The notes under the pieces were generated by a model that was not told the DNA's origin, did not search any database, and worked only from the letters and a program-made list of their open reading frames with translations. From Psychroserpens sp. (GTDB taxonomy: Bacteria > Bacteroidota > Bacteroidia > Flavobacteriales > Flavobacteriaceae): a DNA stretch of 64,000 bases. The stretch covers positions 5,857-69,856 of the forward strand of contig NZ_JBGCCX010000115.1 of the NCBI RefSeq assembly GCF_045105015.1, read 5' to 3'. Within the stretch, counting starts at the first letter, position 1. The number at the start of each line of letters is the position of its first letter. The translations under genes and the position numbers were made by a program. Positions 39,984 through 49,207 of this stretch are shown here, piece by piece.

Positions 39984-41161
39984 ACCCTTTCTTCATTTAG
40001 CACTTTACCATAAAGATTAAGCATATTACTAACCATTTGAGCTTCGGTGTGCTGTTCTTCTATTTTTCTTTGAGCTTTATCAAGAATTGATTCTCTTTCC
40101 GCATTTGATATTTTTTCGATTTTAATGAGTTGCTCGGCCATAGCTTTCGCATCACGAATTGGACACACAAAACCATTAATCTTGTCTTGAACAACCTCTT
40201 CCATACCACCACAATTGGTCGTAAGCACAATGGTTCTAGATGCCATAGCTTCCAAAACAACATTGGCTATACCTTCTTCAACACTGGGTAATAACAATAC
40301 ACTAGCAGATTGAATTTTTTGTTTTACCTCATCTATTGGCATTGATTTTAATAAAACCACGTCATCTTCTAAATCTAAATCTTTGATTTGATACATTACC
40401 TCCAAATAATCTTTGGCACCAACAATTGTGTAGGCAAATGAGACATTACGTTCTTTCAATATTTTACATGCATCAAGAGCGTAGTGATATCCTTTTTTCC
40501 AGTGTGATCTTCCTACAGAAACAATGTTAAAATTAGGGTTTTCAGGATTTGATGAACTTTTAAATGCCTTTAAATCTAATCCGCTATAAACGACATCAAT
40601 TTTATTAGGTGGTGCACCATATTTTTCAGCTTCTTTTGATATCGCCTTTGAAACTGCATGAAATCTATCCACTTTAGGAAAATACGTTTTGTACGAATCA
40701 GCCAGAGTAGCATTAGCTATTGGCGAATAATTGATGTGAGCACCTCTCAAACTCAACACCAGTTTAATATTAAAATCCTGAACCCATGACCAATACTCTA
40801 AGCTTTTTGCCCACTGTACATGAAACACATCAGGTTGATGCCACAATACAGGATAACATTTCACTTTATCCAAAAGTGTGTTTTGTGATTTAGAATTGAG
40901 AATATTATCTAGTTTTCTCTTATCCTTAGACTTAAAACATAGTAGTAGCAAAGTATATTTGAGTAAATAAAAAGCTTTGTACGACTTTGTGTTTTTATAA
41001 GCATATAACTTAATAGAAGAATTATAATTTACTTTTTTATTGAGTAAACCAAAAAGATATATCTGACATTCATTTTTAGACAAGCCTAAAATAAGACGTT
41101 CAACAAATGTTGTACTAGGAATACTTCCAGAATAAATAGCTATTTTATGTATTTTCTTCAA
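39980..41161 (-). CDS. Glycosyltransferase family 4 (WcaL-like)
   Basis: VGRSHWKKG and EEGIANVVLEAMA motifs. Confidence 0.9.
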   Translation of the reverse strand: MKKIHKIAIYSGSIPSTTFVERLILGLSKNECQIYLFGLLNKKVNYNSSIKLYAYKNTKSYKAFYLLKYTLLLLCFKSKDKRKLDNILNSKSQNTLLDKVKCYPVLWHQPDVFHVQWAKSLEYWSWVQDFNIKLVLSLRGAHINYSPIANATLADSYKTYFPKVDRFHAVSKAISKEAEKYGAPPNKIDVVYSGLDLKAFKSSSNPENPNFNIVSVGRSHWKKGYHYALDACKILKERNVSFAYTIVGAKDYLEVMYQIKDLDLEDDVVLLKSMPIDEVKQKIQSASVLLLPSVEEGIANVVLEAMASRTIVLTTNCGGMEEVVQDKINGFVCPIRDAKAMAEQLIKIEKISNAERESILDKAQRKIEEQHTEAQMVSNMLNLYGKVLNEERV

Positions 41162-41236
41162 TTATTACTTTTACTAATAAGACCTTAAAAATTCTGTTGA
41201 ATATTTAGCGAAGTTTATACTTGGGAATAAATTTAA

Positions 41237-42112
41237 TCATAAACTTGCTAGAACATTTTTATAAATCTCTAACATATTGTTTTGTTTGTTTTTTATGTAA
41301 GCATCGGTAAATCTGGATTTACATTGACCGATAATATCATTCGCTGAATGATTATTGTAAGTAATCAATTCATGTTCAGAATCCATTCCTAAATAATAAT
41401 CTTGAAATTTATGATTACCACCTATCAATTTGTCACCAAAACGAAGATGTATATTTGGGATTCTAAACGCATCAGCGAAAATAAGTCCGTGTAATGACGA
41501 AGATGCAATATATTCACACTCTTGCATCTCTTTCGCTACCATATTTGCTGGTTGCCTTGCACTAATAATTTTAACTTTTCCATTAAAATTTAACTGCTTG
41601 GCATATTCATAATCTACACAATGAGGTAAAATTCCTAAAGTATATTTTTTTAGATTATGTTTTGGGAATATTACAGAAGCAAGAATGCCAGGATCACCAA
41701 AAACACAATCACCAGTATAATCACACTGCGCTTTACTTAAAGGTCCACGAATAATTTTTACGTTCCAATTGTTATTAGATCTGTCGAAACGCTCATGAAT
41801 AAAACCACTACCCATAACATAAGACGAAAAATCTTGATGATACATTTGTAAAATAGATCCAGTCAATGACATTTGACTTTTTTTATAATCATCAACATAT
41901 AAAAGTTTATACCCTAAAAACTTTAACAAGTCTGCACTAAAAAGATCTCCAAAATTATTAACCCGAGCAAAGTGTGATTCTATAAATGGAATCCTAAATA
42001 GCTTATAATAAAGTTTTAAGATTTTATCACCAGTGATTAAAAGGGTATTACGTAGCTTTCGATAAGCAATTCTTATAAAATTAATTCCGCGTAATTGTTG
42101 GCGTAAGCCCAT
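41237..42112 (-). CDS. Polysaccharide pyruvyl transferase (ExoV-like)
   Basis: NFGD, GSIL, RGPLS, GDPG, SSSLHGLIFADAFRIP motifs. Confidence 0.85.
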   Translation of the reverse strand: MGLRQQLRGINFIRIAYRKLRNTLLITGDKILKLYYKLFRIPFIESHFARVNNFGDLFSADLLKFLGYKLLYVDDYKKSQMSLTGSILQMYHQDFSSYVMGSGFIHERFDRSNNNWNVKIIRGPLSKAQCDYTGDCVFGDPGILASVIFPKHNLKKYTLGILPHCVDYEYAKQLNFNGKVKIISARQPANMVAKEMQECEYIASSSLHGLIFADAFRIPNIHLRFGDKLIGGNHKFQDYYLGMDSEHELITYNNHSANDIIGQCKSRFTDAYIKNKQNNMLEIYKNVLASL

Positions 42113-42215
42113 AAAAATGTGTAAGTGCAGTGAAGCTTTAATGAAGAGTAAAAATAGTATTTTTATTTTAAAAAACTCTCAAAAAACAAGAAACACTTAA
42201 TAGTACGGATATTTA

Positions 42216-42989
42216 CTATTCAAGTTTCTTTTTGTTTTTGTAAGTGAATAATTTCCTCTTGTTTGGCTGGTATAAAATCCATTCTAGATGTTGTCTCAAA
42301 GCTCTTGCAAATCGCCAAATTTTACGTTTAAATCCTAAACGTTTTTTAACAGTTTCGGTAACCATAACAGAACTAGATTCTACATTAGCTCCAAAATAAT
42401 TTTTATCGGCAATACCAATTTTCGATTTGCTTTTTAAAACTCTAATCGCAAACTCTGTTTCACCATATGGCCCACTAGAATTTTCTAAAAAATAATTAAG
42501 TCTTTCAAAAAAAGCTGGTGTGCTTAAAAAAGGATTATCACTGTATTGAAATGTATTGATATTGAAGTTCCTGATTGAAAATTTCGGGATTCTTGATACA
42601 TGATTAGTTAAAGGAATCAAGTGACTAAACACATAATTAGCTCGGAATCTAACCATATCTAATTGCTTCGAGTTTAACAATTCAAAGCTTTCTGGTAATA
42701 CATTTAAAATTTCTGGCTTAATAATAAAGTCTTCTTGAACATATAATATATAATCACCTTTGCAAGCTTTAATACCTCGGTTTAAATTAGACGCTAATCC
42801 TTTATTTACAGGTGTAGTTACAAGCGTATCTATTGGTAAATCTTGAAGTTGGTCTAAATATTTCAATTGACTTCCATCATCACTTACAACAAGTTCAATT
42901 GGTATTGGAAACTCAATTTTTATAATTGCCTCAATACATATTGCTAGGGCTTCTGGTCTATTAAAATGTGTAATTAGAATACTTAACAT
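42216..42989 (-). CDS. Glycosyltransferase family 2
   Basis: SILITHFNR, SDDGS, N.GL..NLNRG, QED motifs. Confidence 0.88.
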   Translation of the reverse strand: MLSILITHFNRPEALAICIEAIIKIEFPIPIELVVSDDGSQLKYLDQLQDLPIDTLVTTPVNKGLASNLNRGIKACKGDYILYVQEDFIIKPEILNVLPESFELLNSKQLDMVRFRANYVFSHLIPLTNHVSRIPKFSIRNFNINTFQYSDNPFLSTPAFFERLNYFLENSSGPYGETEFAIRVLKSKSKIGIADKNYFGANVESSSVMVTETVKKRLGFKRKIWRFARALRQHLEWILYQPNKRKLFTYKNKKKLE

Positions 42990-42992
42990 AAA

Positions 42993-43868
42993 TTAATTGC
43001 TTTGCCATTCTTTTACAAATTGTAAATTGAATTCACTAATAAGTTTTTTATTGTGCTCTTTATAATGCTCTTGAAGTAAAGTATAAGTTTTCGAAGATAT
43101 TTTTGGCTTTTTAAAGAAGACATCCTTTACCTTTCTTTTTACCCAATTCGGCAAAAAAGGAGCTAAAACATGCTTAGTTTGTTTATAGTTTTTTGCTTTA
43201 TTTTGTCTTTTATTTATTGCTGAATCTGTAATTTCAATATCTAAAAACTCACTCAAAGTTTTATTCATTTTAGGAAGATCAAATACCATATTAAAATTTA
43301 GAATAAGCATATTACTATTGTCAAAATAGTCTTGGAACCGTTTTATTTGTTCAAAATAATAACCTGACTCCAAAACCGTATTAGCATCTGCATATGCTAA
43401 TCGTTGTTGATGCGAATTATTACGTACAAATGAATGATAATCTTCAGGAGAAATATCCATAAAGCTACCATTGTCTTGAATAGATTTCATTTCATTTTTA
43501 ATGGTTTCATCAAATGATGTTTTAATGACACCTCTTGAATACCACATCCACCAATGAGAATAAGCTCTATCAATTGGATTCCTTAACATAAAAATAAGCT
43601 TAGACTCTGGATTATAGTCATATAAATCCTTAGGAATCCAAGAAAAAAACATGGTTCGATGTCTAGAATCTAAAAGATATTTTTGATTGGTATAAGCCTC
43701 AAAATATTTAGAATGATATTCTTGTACATCTCTTATTCGTTTTGGTAATTCAAAAAAGTAAGGCTCTTTTGGATTTGCGCCAATAACATCATCTTGTTGC
43801 GATAATACATCATGCAAAAAAGTAGTTCCAGATTTACAAGCTCCAGCTATAAACAAATTTGCTTTCAT
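42993..43868 (-). CDS. Sulfotransferase (heparan-sulfate sulfotransferase-like motifs)
   Basis: FIAGACKSGTT 5'-PSB, KEPYFF, LRNPIDRAYSHW 3'-PB, GYY..QI. Confidence 0.88.
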   Translation of the reverse strand: MKANLFIAGACKSGTTFLHDVLSQQDDVIGANPKEPYFFELPKRIRDVQEYHSKYFEAYTNQKYLLDSRHRTMFFSWIPKDLYDYNPESKLIFMLRNPIDRAYSHWWMWYSRGVIKTSFDETIKNEMKSIQDNGSFMDISPEDYHSFVRNNSHQQRLAYADANTVLESGYYFEQIKRFQDYFDNSNMLILNFNMVFDLPKMNKTLSEFLDIEITDSAINKRQNKAKNYKQTKHVLAPFLPNWVKRKVKDVFFKKPKISSKTYTLLQEHYKEHNKKLISEFNLQFVKEWQSN

Positions 43869-44788
43869 TAATTTTTTACTTTTTTAGTTAATCTTGAAAT
43901 GAGTTTTTTATAAAACCTATTATCTGTCCAATTTAAAAAAGTTTGACCTATTGCTCTAAAATAAAAGCTAATTCCATAATGTTGTGAAAGTTCGATGAGT
44001 TTTTGTGTTCGTTTAGCATACAAATAATCTTGTCTTTTAATTAAAGATGGGAATTCATAAGCAAAAGATCGAATCAACTCATGAGCAGCCATAAATTGTT
44101 TTTCTTTATTTGAAGTTACTGAATCTCTGTTTTGGGTGCGATCAACTTTAACTAGAACGTTATGAACTCCATATATATTAGAAACTAATGAGAACCTCAG
44201 AATATAAGACCAGTCTATACTTATACTAGGATAATGCTGTGAAAAATACAAACCATTATCGACATGAATTTGCTTTCTAAACATCAAGCAAGTATTTACG
44301 ACCTTAATTTGTTCTCTATAATTTAAAAGAAACATATCTTCTCCAGTAGGATATTGCTTCCCTCTATCTAAGATGCCAGGAAATCTGGACATGGTTTTAG
44401 TTCCGTCATAAAATTCTGCTATTCCAGAAACCATTCCTACGTCAGGTTGAGTATTTAAAACTTTAACTTGTATTTCTAGTCGATCAGGATAATAAAAATC
44501 ATCTTGTTCAGCGATTGCAATAAGTGCTCCGTTAGCAGCAGCAACCAATCGGTTCATTGTTGAACCCAAACCTCTATTTCTATTATTTTTAAGTAAAGTG
44601 AATTTTTTGAATTTGCTTGTATATTTTTTTAGAATGTCTTCAGAATTATCAGAAGTACCGTCAATGCAAGCAATCACTTCAAAATCTTGAAAACTCTGGT
44701 TTACTAGACTTTCTAAAGTAGCTGCAAGTGTTTTACCTCCATTATAAACTGGAATAATAACACTAACAATAAAACTGTTATTATGCAT
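43868..44788 (-). CDS. Glycosyltransferase family 2
   Basis: VSVIIPVYNG, IDGTSDNS, EQDD motifs. Confidence 0.9.
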   Translation of the reverse strand: MHNNSFIVSVIIPVYNGGKTLAATLESLVNQSFQDFEVIACIDGTSDNSEDILKKYTSKFKKFTLLKNNRNRGLGSTMNRLVAAANGALIAIAEQDDFYYPDRLEIQVKVLNTQPDVGMVSGIAEFYDGTKTMSRFPGILDRGKQYPTGEDMFLLNYREQIKVVNTCLMFRKQIHVDNGLYFSQHYPSISIDWSYILRFSLVSNIYGVHNVLVKVDRTQNRDSVTSNKEKQFMAAHELIRSFAYEFPSLIKRQDYLYAKRTQKLIELSQHYGISFYFRAIGQTFLNWTDNRFYKKLISRLTKKVKN

Positions 44789-45914
44789 ATAATTTAGTGT
44801 ATAATTGTTCGCAACGCTTTACTTCCAGTTCTATTGGATAATTATTCAAAACATGATTTCTAAAATCCATACCTCTACTTTGATGATGTGTAGTCGGCAA
44901 TTCAAAATTAGTGGATAAAGCTTTTATCCACGCCTCTATATTGCCTGCTTCTACTAGGTGATCTTGAAAATCTGCTAACTGGTCATTAATACCAGAAATA
45001 TTTGATGCTAAAACGTTTTTACCAGATGACATCGCTTCTAAAAGCGATACTGGAGATCCTTCTTTACGTCCCTGATTAAGTGTTGGTAACACTACAATTT
45101 CTGCAATACTCAAATAACCTGGGATATTCTTTTGAATTCCACAAAACGCAACTGAATCTTGAAGGTTTAATTTTGTTTTTAAAGCAACCATCTCTTGTCC
45201 GTAATCATTTTCGTAATCGCCAACTAATAATAATTTCCACTTAGGGTATAATTTAATCGCATGACTAAATGCTTTAAGTAATATTTCAATTCCCTTAACA
45301 GGAACCAAATTTGCAACACACATTAACACATGATTATTTGATGAAATATTCCACTCTTTTTTAATGGCTTCATTTACATCTTGGGGCTTAAACATATTGG
45401 TATCAACACCTCTTGGAATCAAAGCTGTTTTGTTGCTATTCGGAAAAAACTGTCGTATCATATCTGTATTTTGGACAGCAATTCCACTAGCAAGCTTCAC
45501 TCTGAGGCTCCATGAATTTTTTGACGATCCACCCCAACTCATATTCTTTTTTGTAAACACCCATTTAATGCCAGCAACTTTTGCAGCTAAAGCTTCAGAG
45601 TAATCTGCTGAATAATGAAAACTATGTATGATATCTGGTTGGATTTTTTTGAATTGCCTACTTATCTTAAAACAACGAATTATGCCTTTTATATAAGGTT
45701 TCATTGGTGTAGTATATTGTAAAATATGAATTGGAATACCGCTATTCTTAACAACTTCGAAAAATGCACCTCGATTATGAAAGCAAGCAATATGAACTTC
45801 AAATTGATCTGGATTTAATCGTTTAGCGACATGCAAAAGTGCTTTCCCACTTCCTGCCGAATCAAAATTAGGAATGGTATATAATATTTTTATTCGTTTT
45901 GTTGCTTGTGCCAT
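44781..45914 (-). CDS. Glycosyltransferase family 4
   Basis: VANLVPVKG, EGSPVSLLEAM; ATG 45914 preferred. Confidence 0.9.
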   Translation of the reverse strand: MAQATKRIKILYTIPNFDSAGSGKALLHVAKRLNPDQFEVHIACFHNRGAFFEVVKNSGIPIHILQYTTPMKPYIKGIIRCFKISRQFKKIQPDIIHSFHYSADYSEALAAKVAGIKWVFTKKNMSWGGSSKNSWSLRVKLASGIAVQNTDMIRQFFPNSNKTALIPRGVDTNMFKPQDVNEAIKKEWNISSNNHVLMCVANLVPVKGIEILLKAFSHAIKLYPKWKLLLVGDYENDYGQEMVALKTKLNLQDSVAFCGIQKNIPGYLSIAEIVVLPTLNQGRKEGSPVSLLEAMSSGKNVLASNISGINDQLADFQDHLVEAGNIEAWIKALSTNFELPTTHHQSRGMDFRNHVLNNYPIELEVKRCEQLYTKLYA

Positions 45915-47746
45915 TTTGCTAAGGAATATAGGGTAAACAACACCCACTTATAATCTTTTTCTCCGTTTTGATGCATATTCCATATACGTCTTAACTCGGT
46001 TTCTGAAAGTTGAAAGGTATCGATAAAATCCTTATCAAGCAAGGACTCTTGAACAGGTAATTTAAGGTCTTTTTTTAGCCAATCGGTTAAAGGAATTGAA
46101 AATCCTTTCTTTTCGTGACTTATAGGTGTTCCTGGGATTAATTTCCCTAATAAACGCTTTAATATTAGTTTTTTTTCTTTCTTTTTAAACGCTAGTTTTG
46201 GGTGAATTTTTAATGCTGCTTCAATAAAGGACTTCTTCAAAAAAGGTACTCTTACTTCAACTGAATTTGCCATACTCATACGATCAACTTTGATCAGCGT
46301 TTTCTGCATCATATCATAGTATTCTGCTTTTCGCATAGCATGCAACAATTCAGTTTCACTCAAATCATTCTTGTAACTGTAATGAGGCAAATCAATATTA
46401 TCAACCGATTTTAAGTTTGGAAATAATGCTTCAATATCTGTATCATTACTTCTAGAATGTAAACCTTGATGTGCTTTAGCTAAACTATCTTGCAACAAGA
46501 CTTCATTTATATGCTTTTTATTAAATAAAAGTTTATCAATTCCGTAGGCGATATATCGCAAAGGCTTAGGAAGTTTGAACCATTTTCTATTCTTACTCAC
46601 CGATTCAAAACGCTGATAACCATAGAAAAGTTCATCTCCTCCATCACCAGATAACATTACTGTTCCTATCTTTTTGGCATGATGACATAGTAAATATGTT
46701 GGAATAAGAGAAAAATCAGCAAAGGGTTCTTTCAGATGCTTCATACTATCATCTAGAACCTGCAAAGCTGATTCAGCATTCATTTTATCTAAACGAAACT
46801 TACAGCCAATTTTTTCAGCATATGCAGTTGCAACTTGAGACTCATCATGTTTATTACTATCGCTGCCAATAGAATACGATTGAATTTCTGGGTCATTTTG
46901 TTTAGCCAGATAAGTAATTAAAGGAGAATCTATTCCGCCAGAAAGAAATGTACCAAGTTTGACATCTGAAACCATTTGTGCATTTACAGAAGCAGAGAGC
47001 TCCTCTTTAATATAATCAACAGCTTTAGTTTGATCTTCAATTAAACTTGAAGTATTTAAATCAGGAAATTCCCAATATATATTTTTATGAATTGAGCCAT
47101 CCGTATGAATACTAACATGTTCACCTGGCCTGAGTTGAAATGTTTTTTTTATAATACCATATGGCGCTGGCATGTAGTGTCGTTTTAGATACATGCGTAA
47201 TACAGAATTATCGATTCCATTATGCTTATTTAGATCGTGCTTACTTACTTGATCATAACGACTGCCAAATACCACATCACCTTCATCAAAACTATAGAAT
47301 AAAGGTTTTATACCAGCAAAATCTCTGACCATATCTAACTTATTCTCTTTGGTATCGAAAACAGCAAATGCAAACATACCATCCAACATTTTTAAAGTTT
47401 TATCTAAACCATAATGTGCTATTGAATTTACTAATACTTCGGAATCTGTTTCAGTTTTAAATGGAATACTTTGCTTTAATAAATCAGATTTTAGCGCTTG
47501 GAAATTATATATTTCACCATTAAAAACGATAACATATCTTGAATCAAAAGACGTCATCGGTTGATTTCCTCTCTCTGATAAATCAAGAATCGACAATCTT
47601 CTAAAACCTAATTGGCAATTACTGTCATTGCTCCAATAACCAGACATATCTGGACCTCTAAAGCTATTTAAATCATTTCGTGTTAGGAATAAATCCTTTG
47701 ATGATAATTGATTCTTTTTAAAAAACTCTCCGTAAATACCACACAT
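45890..47746 (-). CDS. asnB: Asparagine synthase (glutamine-hydrolysing)-like amidotransferase
   Basis: MCGI Ntn N-terminus, RGPD, RLSILDL, FNGEIYN, LSGGIDS, SGDGGDELF, DRMSMA..EVRVPFL. Confidence 0.9.
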   Translation of the reverse strand: MCGIYGEFFKKNQLSSKDLFLTRNDLNSFRGPDMSGYWSNDSNCQLGFRRLSILDLSERGNQPMTSFDSRYVIVFNGEIYNFQALKSDLLKQSIPFKTETDSEVLVNSIAHYGLDKTLKMLDGMFAFAVFDTKENKLDMVRDFAGIKPLFYSFDEGDVVFGSRYDQVSKHDLNKHNGIDNSVLRMYLKRHYMPAPYGIIKKTFQLRPGEHVSIHTDGSIHKNIYWEFPDLNTSSLIEDQTKAVDYIKEELSASVNAQMVSDVKLGTFLSGGIDSPLITYLAKQNDPEIQSYSIGSDSNKHDESQVATAYAEKIGCKFRLDKMNAESALQVLDDSMKHLKEPFADFSLIPTYLLCHHAKKIGTVMLSGDGGDELFYGYQRFESVSKNRKWFKLPKPLRYIAYGIDKLLFNKKHINEVLLQDSLAKAHQGLHSRSNDTDIEALFPNLKSVDNIDLPHYSYKNDLSETELLHAMRKAEYYDMMQKTLIKVDRMSMANSVEVRVPFLKKSFIEAALKIHPKLAFKKKEKKLILKRLLGKLIPGTPISHEKKGFSIPLTDWLKKDLKLPVQESLLDKDFIDTFQLSETELRRIWNMHQNGEKDYKWVLFTLYSLAKWHKQQNE

Positions 47747-47749
47747 ATA

Positions 47750-49132
47750 TTACAGATTATTTTGTTGATTAAATAATGCCAATGTTAGCAACATACTTAA
47801 TGGATGTGCATAAATTATAGCATTATCATTTTGAAACTGATTGTATACAAAAGAAGTGACTTCTTTAGGAATGAACGCATTAAAGCTTTCAGAAAAAAGA
47901 TAAGATTTTAAAGTTGCATCATTCTTTTTTCCTAAAAATTGTAGCTCCCAATTACGTTGAATATAAGGTTTACCCATCATATTAGAAAACTCCCTTGACA
48001 CCTTATTTCCAATCTTATACGGAAGATTATAGGGTGATTTATTATACTGATAATTTAATAAATTAAATGGTTTATTAGCGTGCCAAGTTATGCTCGCTAG
48101 TTCTTTATGTTGTTTAATATGTGCTATTTGCAATTGTCTATCTGCTAAATACTGCTCAGAAACTGAGCAAATAAATTCACACATACGATTGTCATAATAT
48201 GGCAAAGTTATAGGCTTTGCAGCTTCAAATATACTAAGGTTAGTGGTTGTCCAGCGATGCGCCCATTGTGATGTTTTAAAAGCACGTACTTTGGCACTTA
48301 CGTTATCAATTTCAATTTTAGACACAGCATCTTCAATACGAGTTCTTAAATAACTTTTAAAATCTCCTTCCAAATCCCAAGCTTGCCAAAGTTTTTCAGC
48401 AAGTTCAAAACCTTTCTCCTTTACCATTTTTTTCATTAGGTAAGGCACTATTGTAGCTTCAGTAATACTATCAGGAGCACCTTTATCAAAGAATACATCT
48501 CCCCAATGACCAAGAGACATCACCCCTTTCATTTTAGATAAAGGTTCAAAAACTGCCATTTGCCTAGCATGTGTAAATTCAGAATAACACTTATTGATTT
48601 TTGCTAAATCCTCAATAACTTCCCATAAATACCCATCTTTAATAGTATACGAATGAAAGTCAAAACCACAAGTATTCGCAATCTTTTTACTTATCTTATG
48701 TTCTGGATAGCCGTTTTTAAAAGAATAACTGTATGCAGTTACGGGATTATTGAGTTTGGACAACACTAAAGCCTGACTTCTACTATCTAATCCGCCAGAA
48801 AGTGGCAAAACTACAGGATGGTTTTTTATTTGTTCTTTAGTAATTTCTGTTAATAAAGCCACATATTCTTCAAGAACTTGATCAAAGGTTATTTCTCTAG
48901 GACTGTAATGCCATTTAAACCAAGACTTACTACTTAACAATTGACCATTATCATCAAAAATATGATTAGAGCCAGGAGCCAAACATGTTTGATCTTCCCA
49001 ATAGGTATCCTGATCGAGAAAAAAGCCATTTGCGACAAATACACAAATAGCTTTGTAATTGATTTTGTGTGGCTTATCTAACCTAGCAAAGGTTTGCTTA
49101 TTTGGTAATATTGGTGTGGTTAAGGTGGTCAT
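47750..49132 (-). CDS. Asparagine-synthase-related protein lacking the glutaminase domain
   Basis: LPLSGGLDSR ATP-pyrophosphatase loop, GHWGD, PYYD; no N-terminal Cys. Confidence 0.75.
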   Translation of the reverse strand: MTTLTTPILPNKQTFARLDKPHKINYKAICVFVANGFFLDQDTYWEDQTCLAPGSNHIFDDNGQLLSSKSWFKWHYSPREITFDQVLEEYVALLTEITKEQIKNHPVVLPLSGGLDSRSQALVLSKLNNPVTAYSYSFKNGYPEHKISKKIANTCGFDFHSYTIKDGYLWEVIEDLAKINKCYSEFTHARQMAVFEPLSKMKGVMSLGHWGDVFFDKGAPDSITEATIVPYLMKKMVKEKGFELAEKLWQAWDLEGDFKSYLRTRIEDAVSKIEIDNVSAKVRAFKTSQWAHRWTTTNLSIFEAAKPITLPYYDNRMCEFICSVSEQYLADRQLQIAHIKQHKELASITWHANKPFNLLNYQYNKSPYNLPYKIGNKVSREFSNMMGKPYIQRNWELQFLGKKNDATLKSYLFSESFNAFIPKEVTSFVYNQFQNDNAIIYAHPLSMLLTLALFNQQNNL

Positions 49133-49207
49133 ATAAATATTACAAGCAAGATAAAAAATGAAACCTACTTGACCTAAATAAATAATTGTTAATTGACAAA
49201 TTGAAAC

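Noticed and set aside
30767-49132. Lasso-peptide cluster (glutaminase-less AsnB-like cyclase plus transglutaminase-like peptidase)
   Set aside because: The two genes are about 16 kb apart among glycosyltransferases, and no PqqD/RRE protein or precursor peptide was found; glycan modification is more parsimonious
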